Assembly (NCBI GenBank): GCA_046563655.1
Contig: CM102286.1
Coordinates: 11,966,001-12,030,000, forward strand
Reading direction: 5' to 3'
Source of the DNA: Yuukianura sp. NJ FZ-2021
Lineage: Eukaryota
DNA: 64,000 nt
Positions 59,974 through 64,000 of this stretch are shown here, in pieces. Made by a program: the position numbers and the translations under genes. The notes beneath the pieces are model-generated. The model ran no database searches. It was given only the letters and a program-made list of their open reading frames with translations, and had not been told where the DNA came from. How positions within the stretch are numbered: position 1 is the first letter of the stretch; each line of letters starts with the position of its first letter.

Positions 59974-62900
59974 TCAAGACAACAAGCATACCAGATTGAT
60001 TACGCTTTTGTTTGTATTGCAATACCGAACCTGGTTTCAAAATTACTTTTCTAAAAAATTGGAATTCCAGCTCCATTAAGTATAGGCACATAAAAACACA
60101 AATAAAGGTGAAATTAGGCAAGCCAAGTTCATCACTCAAACGCAAACGGAAGTTTTCTCCTTTGAAGGAGCCAGTTTTTAACAAAACTAAAACTCATCAT
60201 TTGAAAGCACTTCAAACAGACAGGAATGAATTGTATCCAAAAATTCAGAGAACCTTATAAAAACGATTCTTTTTTCGTTTTTATTACATACTGCACACTA
60301 AAACACAAAAGCGCAGTAGGAAATGAGGGTCTTAAGAAGAGTAATTTTGGGAAAGCAGTGGAGCAGCATTAGCACACATTTGGCGGACACTTGAAGATGA
60401 AGCACTTCTTGATCCAGAGCGAAGATGTACTAAACATTCCTCTCGGTCCAAAATGTTATAAGAAAAATGGCCACAAGGGAAGCAATCCTATCCCTCATTT
60501 TTCTTAACTTTCTCGCTCTAAGTCATTGGCCCAACTCCATAATCTCTAGAGCCCTTTAGCCCCAAGGTCTCCAGAGACTTTGTGGAACTAAAAGGCCAAT
60601 CGCTCCTCAATTCAACTAAGATGGAGAAAGCGACTACTTTCTTTTGTTTTGTTTTTCTTAGCTAAGGGATTAGAACTCGAATAATGAACTTCTCAAAATC
60701 CACTGCGGAGTCCCTGGGCTTAAATCAGCTTTCAATTGTTTCAGCCAATGAGAACGCTCGAATTCTCAATTCCGTTTTGATACTCTGTTTCTAATACTAC
60801 TCAAGCTTTCTAAACCTTCCAAAAGTAAAGTGTGGGTTCCAGTGGTAAGCTCAATTTCCGGCGGTAGCTAAACTTGTTTTTCCAGTAGTTGGGCACAAGT
60901 AAGTGATAAATGAATGAAGCAACTATAAAAATCTAAAGCGTTATTAGTCTCTGACATCACGAGAATCATAAATCTTCTTTTTATTATGAAGTGTATTACC
61001 CTGCTCAGATGAAATTTTGACAGTTAGCTGAAACATAAGCATCTCGTTACAAAAAACTGCTAAAAACGCAACTTAAAAAAACGCTTTGAGCAAACTTGTT
61101 TTACACTTACTACGCTACGCTGATCATCAAAAAAAAATTTATCCATGAGAAAATTTTTAGCGCCCACCGTTACAACTCTGTCAGCATCCCTGTAGAACCT
61201 GACTGTCGAGGTTTTGGCGCGACATGACCAACATTTTCAATCTAACTTAGCTTCACTCTTGGAGATTTCTGGACGAAAAAGCGGAAAATTTCTGATTTTG
61301 GGGGGAAAGCGAGAGATTTCAGATTGGATGGAATCTTCGTCATATTTAATAAAATCCTGACGTGTCCTCATATGTTGAGTCAATATAGAGGATGGTCCTT
61401 CTCTTCTCGTGTCTTCAGTTCCCTAGCGTAGTGAAAATGACTTCATAAAGGCAAGTGACAAGGAGAGAGTGAAGATGATGTTATGTCTCTGACTGTACTA
61501 TGTGACCCTTAACCCTCAAATTGAATCAGATCAAGTCATTTCTCATCTCACTTTTACCATCAGAAATAAAAATCCAATCTTGCAGTTTCACTCCCATCAT
61601 CCTCAGAATAATAATAACGATATAAGGACTCTTCTTCTTCTTTCTTTAGTCTAAAAGTTAGGCTAACCTAATTCTGATCCTGCCATAACCTAACCTACTC
61701 TATGTTTTTCACTTAAATTCAAGACATGACTTTAGCCTAAAAAGCTTCTTTCTATTTTTTGCTAAAGTACAACCCTAGATATCTGCAGAACTCTAACTTT
61801 ACTAATGAATCTCGCCATCTTTTACATTTTTGGTTCCTAGAAGCCAGGGTATTCAAAAGCTTTAGTACTTTGAAAAGCTAGGCAACCTTTGACCTTTGAC
61901 CCTCGCTGTGTTCTAGCTAAAATCTGAGGCTTAAGCTCGCTTCGCTGCCTAGAACTAGAAAACGCTTGGTGCTTTCAGTTTGGATACCTCAAATCATTAT
62001 TTTCTTTCTCCGCTTTCTCATATTACCAGCATTAGGGAAGACCCTGGCTTTTTCAAACAAGAAAAAAAAAACTTTCAACTTTCTGCTCGTTTGCTTTTTT
62101 AAAAACTTAGAACAGTTTTGGTTCATTCGAGTTTCACTAACGAAACGCCTCACTAGCGACGACTTTACTTCTTAGTCTTTTCTTCACGGGCTTCGCTACT
62201 TTTTCTAACAATTTTTTTTACTAAAGTCGGATTCTGAAAATTGGTCCTTTTTCGAAATGACAGAGAAAGACTTTCTTTGTGCAAATGCAAAGTTTAGTTT
62301 TGTACACCAATTATTTTTAAGTTCAGGAAAAATTCGAGAAGCATACAACGTATCGCTTTCTGAAAAGAAAAGTGACTTGAAAAAGAATATGAGCTACGCG
62401 TTGTTCGAGTTCACCGGGACGCTTGTAATACTCGAGTATTAGCCGGAAAAGCGGGAAAGCATAAATAATATTAGTGTCAACTGCATGGTAGGACATTTAT
62501 TATGATCTTGTTCTTGTCTTTAACATGTTTTCCAACCAATACCGTAACATGTCCTCTTCTACTTCAAAACTTGTGGGTCAATGCTCTAAATCTTCCATTT
62601 TTGTGACATAAGGGGAGGATTTGAAAACGAAAACTCTAAGAAACAGAAACCCACCCCACTGGGATTCTGTTTGGACATAGAATGAAACATGACCTGCTTT
62701 TTCTTTAAAACAAGACGCAAGAAACCTAAACATTTCAATGGTAACTGGACATAAGCTGGTATTTGAAATGAAAACAAAAAAGATGGAACTGTAAATAGCA
62801 TTTGAGCAATTTGTAAAGAAGTTAAGATGACGCATGAAACTGCCCAATCGGGCCAAAAAGCAATGTTTTTGGTTTACGTCTGACATGAAAAGTTGATCCA

Positions 62901-64000
62901 AGGTTTGATTTCGAAATGAACAAAGCGGAGCATCAAATTTTGGAACGAGATGAATGAAATTTGGTTCAAAACTATTATCATACAAATAGCCTCTTGGAAT
63001 CAACAAATGGACAATTTCTGAAATGGGACTCCTCTAACCTCCAATTCTTGATTTAAAGGCATTGTGTTTTTTTTTCTGAATCTGTGCCAAAATCTTTTTC
63101 AAAAACACAAAACAAGAGAGCAAAAGTCAACAAAAAATAGTTTCAAAACAAAATATTAAAAAATAGAAAAAGTGTGTTTCTAAAAATTTTTCTATAAGTT
63201 TTCAACAGAGTCAGAACTTCTAACCGTAACTTATGTTTTTAAGTTTTTGTTTTTGGCTCTAACCAAGTCAAAAGCGCGTGAATTGAAATGAGGAAGTTGA
63301 ATGTAATTTTTTTCTTGCAATTTTGTGTAAAAAAATATTTTGACTGATGATGATTTATTGTTGATTAGAACACTCGATTGTGTTTTCTTACTGCTGAGAT
63401 TCTTCAATTTTAACTTGTTTTGTTTTGATTTGCGGTATTTCACCCTCCAAGTGAATTACAACTTTCAAAAACACTTGTGAAAAAAAAAAGAAGTGATTAC
63501 TCAAATAGAGAACATGGACGGATTCAATTTAAAGATAAAGTCAATTGGAAAACGGAATCGTATAAAACAAACAATTTGTGAAACAGAATATGCCAAAACG
63601 CTACTTTTACAATTTGTGCAAAACCTTTAAAGCTTTGAATGTGAAAACCGAAAAGCCAAATTTTACTAAAACGTCGTGGTTTCAAGTTACCCAATCCAGG
63701 CGTAGGATTCGATACACGATATTGCGGCGTTTCAAATTTCAATTGTAATGATTTAGGAACTTTCAAACCTTAAGGGCATTTAATGTTTCGTATTATTTCC
63801 AAAACTGGAGAAATTTCAGCATAAATGTCGAAAGTTTGACGTCAGTAATTTCAGTATCTAATTTCATTTTAAATTGTAACTTGAGTAAAATAAGTAAATT
63901 GAAAACACGGAAGCTTTTGAAATACAAGGATCGTATTTTTGCAGTGTATAAAAATGTGATATTTTTGCTTTTTAGTACGTGAGTCGTTTCTTTCCACAAA

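Noticed and set aside
52008..64000. Dop2R TM1-TM2 exons or nested genes in the last 12 kb
   Set aside because: No GNxLV or SLAxAD-type exon, or other credible coding segment, found by eye. Treated as one long intron; small exons could have been missed.

Overview
Eukaryotic, AT-rich arthropod DNA with mostly 60-100 nt GT-AG introns. A hexapod/pancrustacean origin is inferred from the CP190, obstructor and Cht10 genes; the species cannot be determined. Gene order: (1) a small secreted one-domain chitin-binding (ChtBD2) gene whose last exon encodes a PRI-G-RRR tail resembling ecdysis-triggering hormone; (2) a convergent three-domain obstructor/CPAP3 gene split inside coding exon 3 by a full-length, apparently very recent BEL/Pao LTR retrotransposon (341-bp LTRs identical by eye, ATGAC target duplication, single intact gag-pol ORF, repeated hairpin cores in the 5' leader); (3) TRAPPC6; (4) a Cht10-type multidomain chitinase (3 GH18 + 4 ChtBD2, first GH18 catalytically dead) with a perfect IR1 ecdysone response element upstream; (5) FAF2/UBXD8 with an internally deleted hAT transposon next to a splice acceptor; (6) CP190; (7) DLST; (8) the TM3-TM7 exons of a D2-like dopamine receptor whose 5' exons appear to lie beyond the window. 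Several MITEs and a probable non-autonomous Helitron are also present. All exon structures and family calls were read by eye and from recalled motifs; no database search was run.
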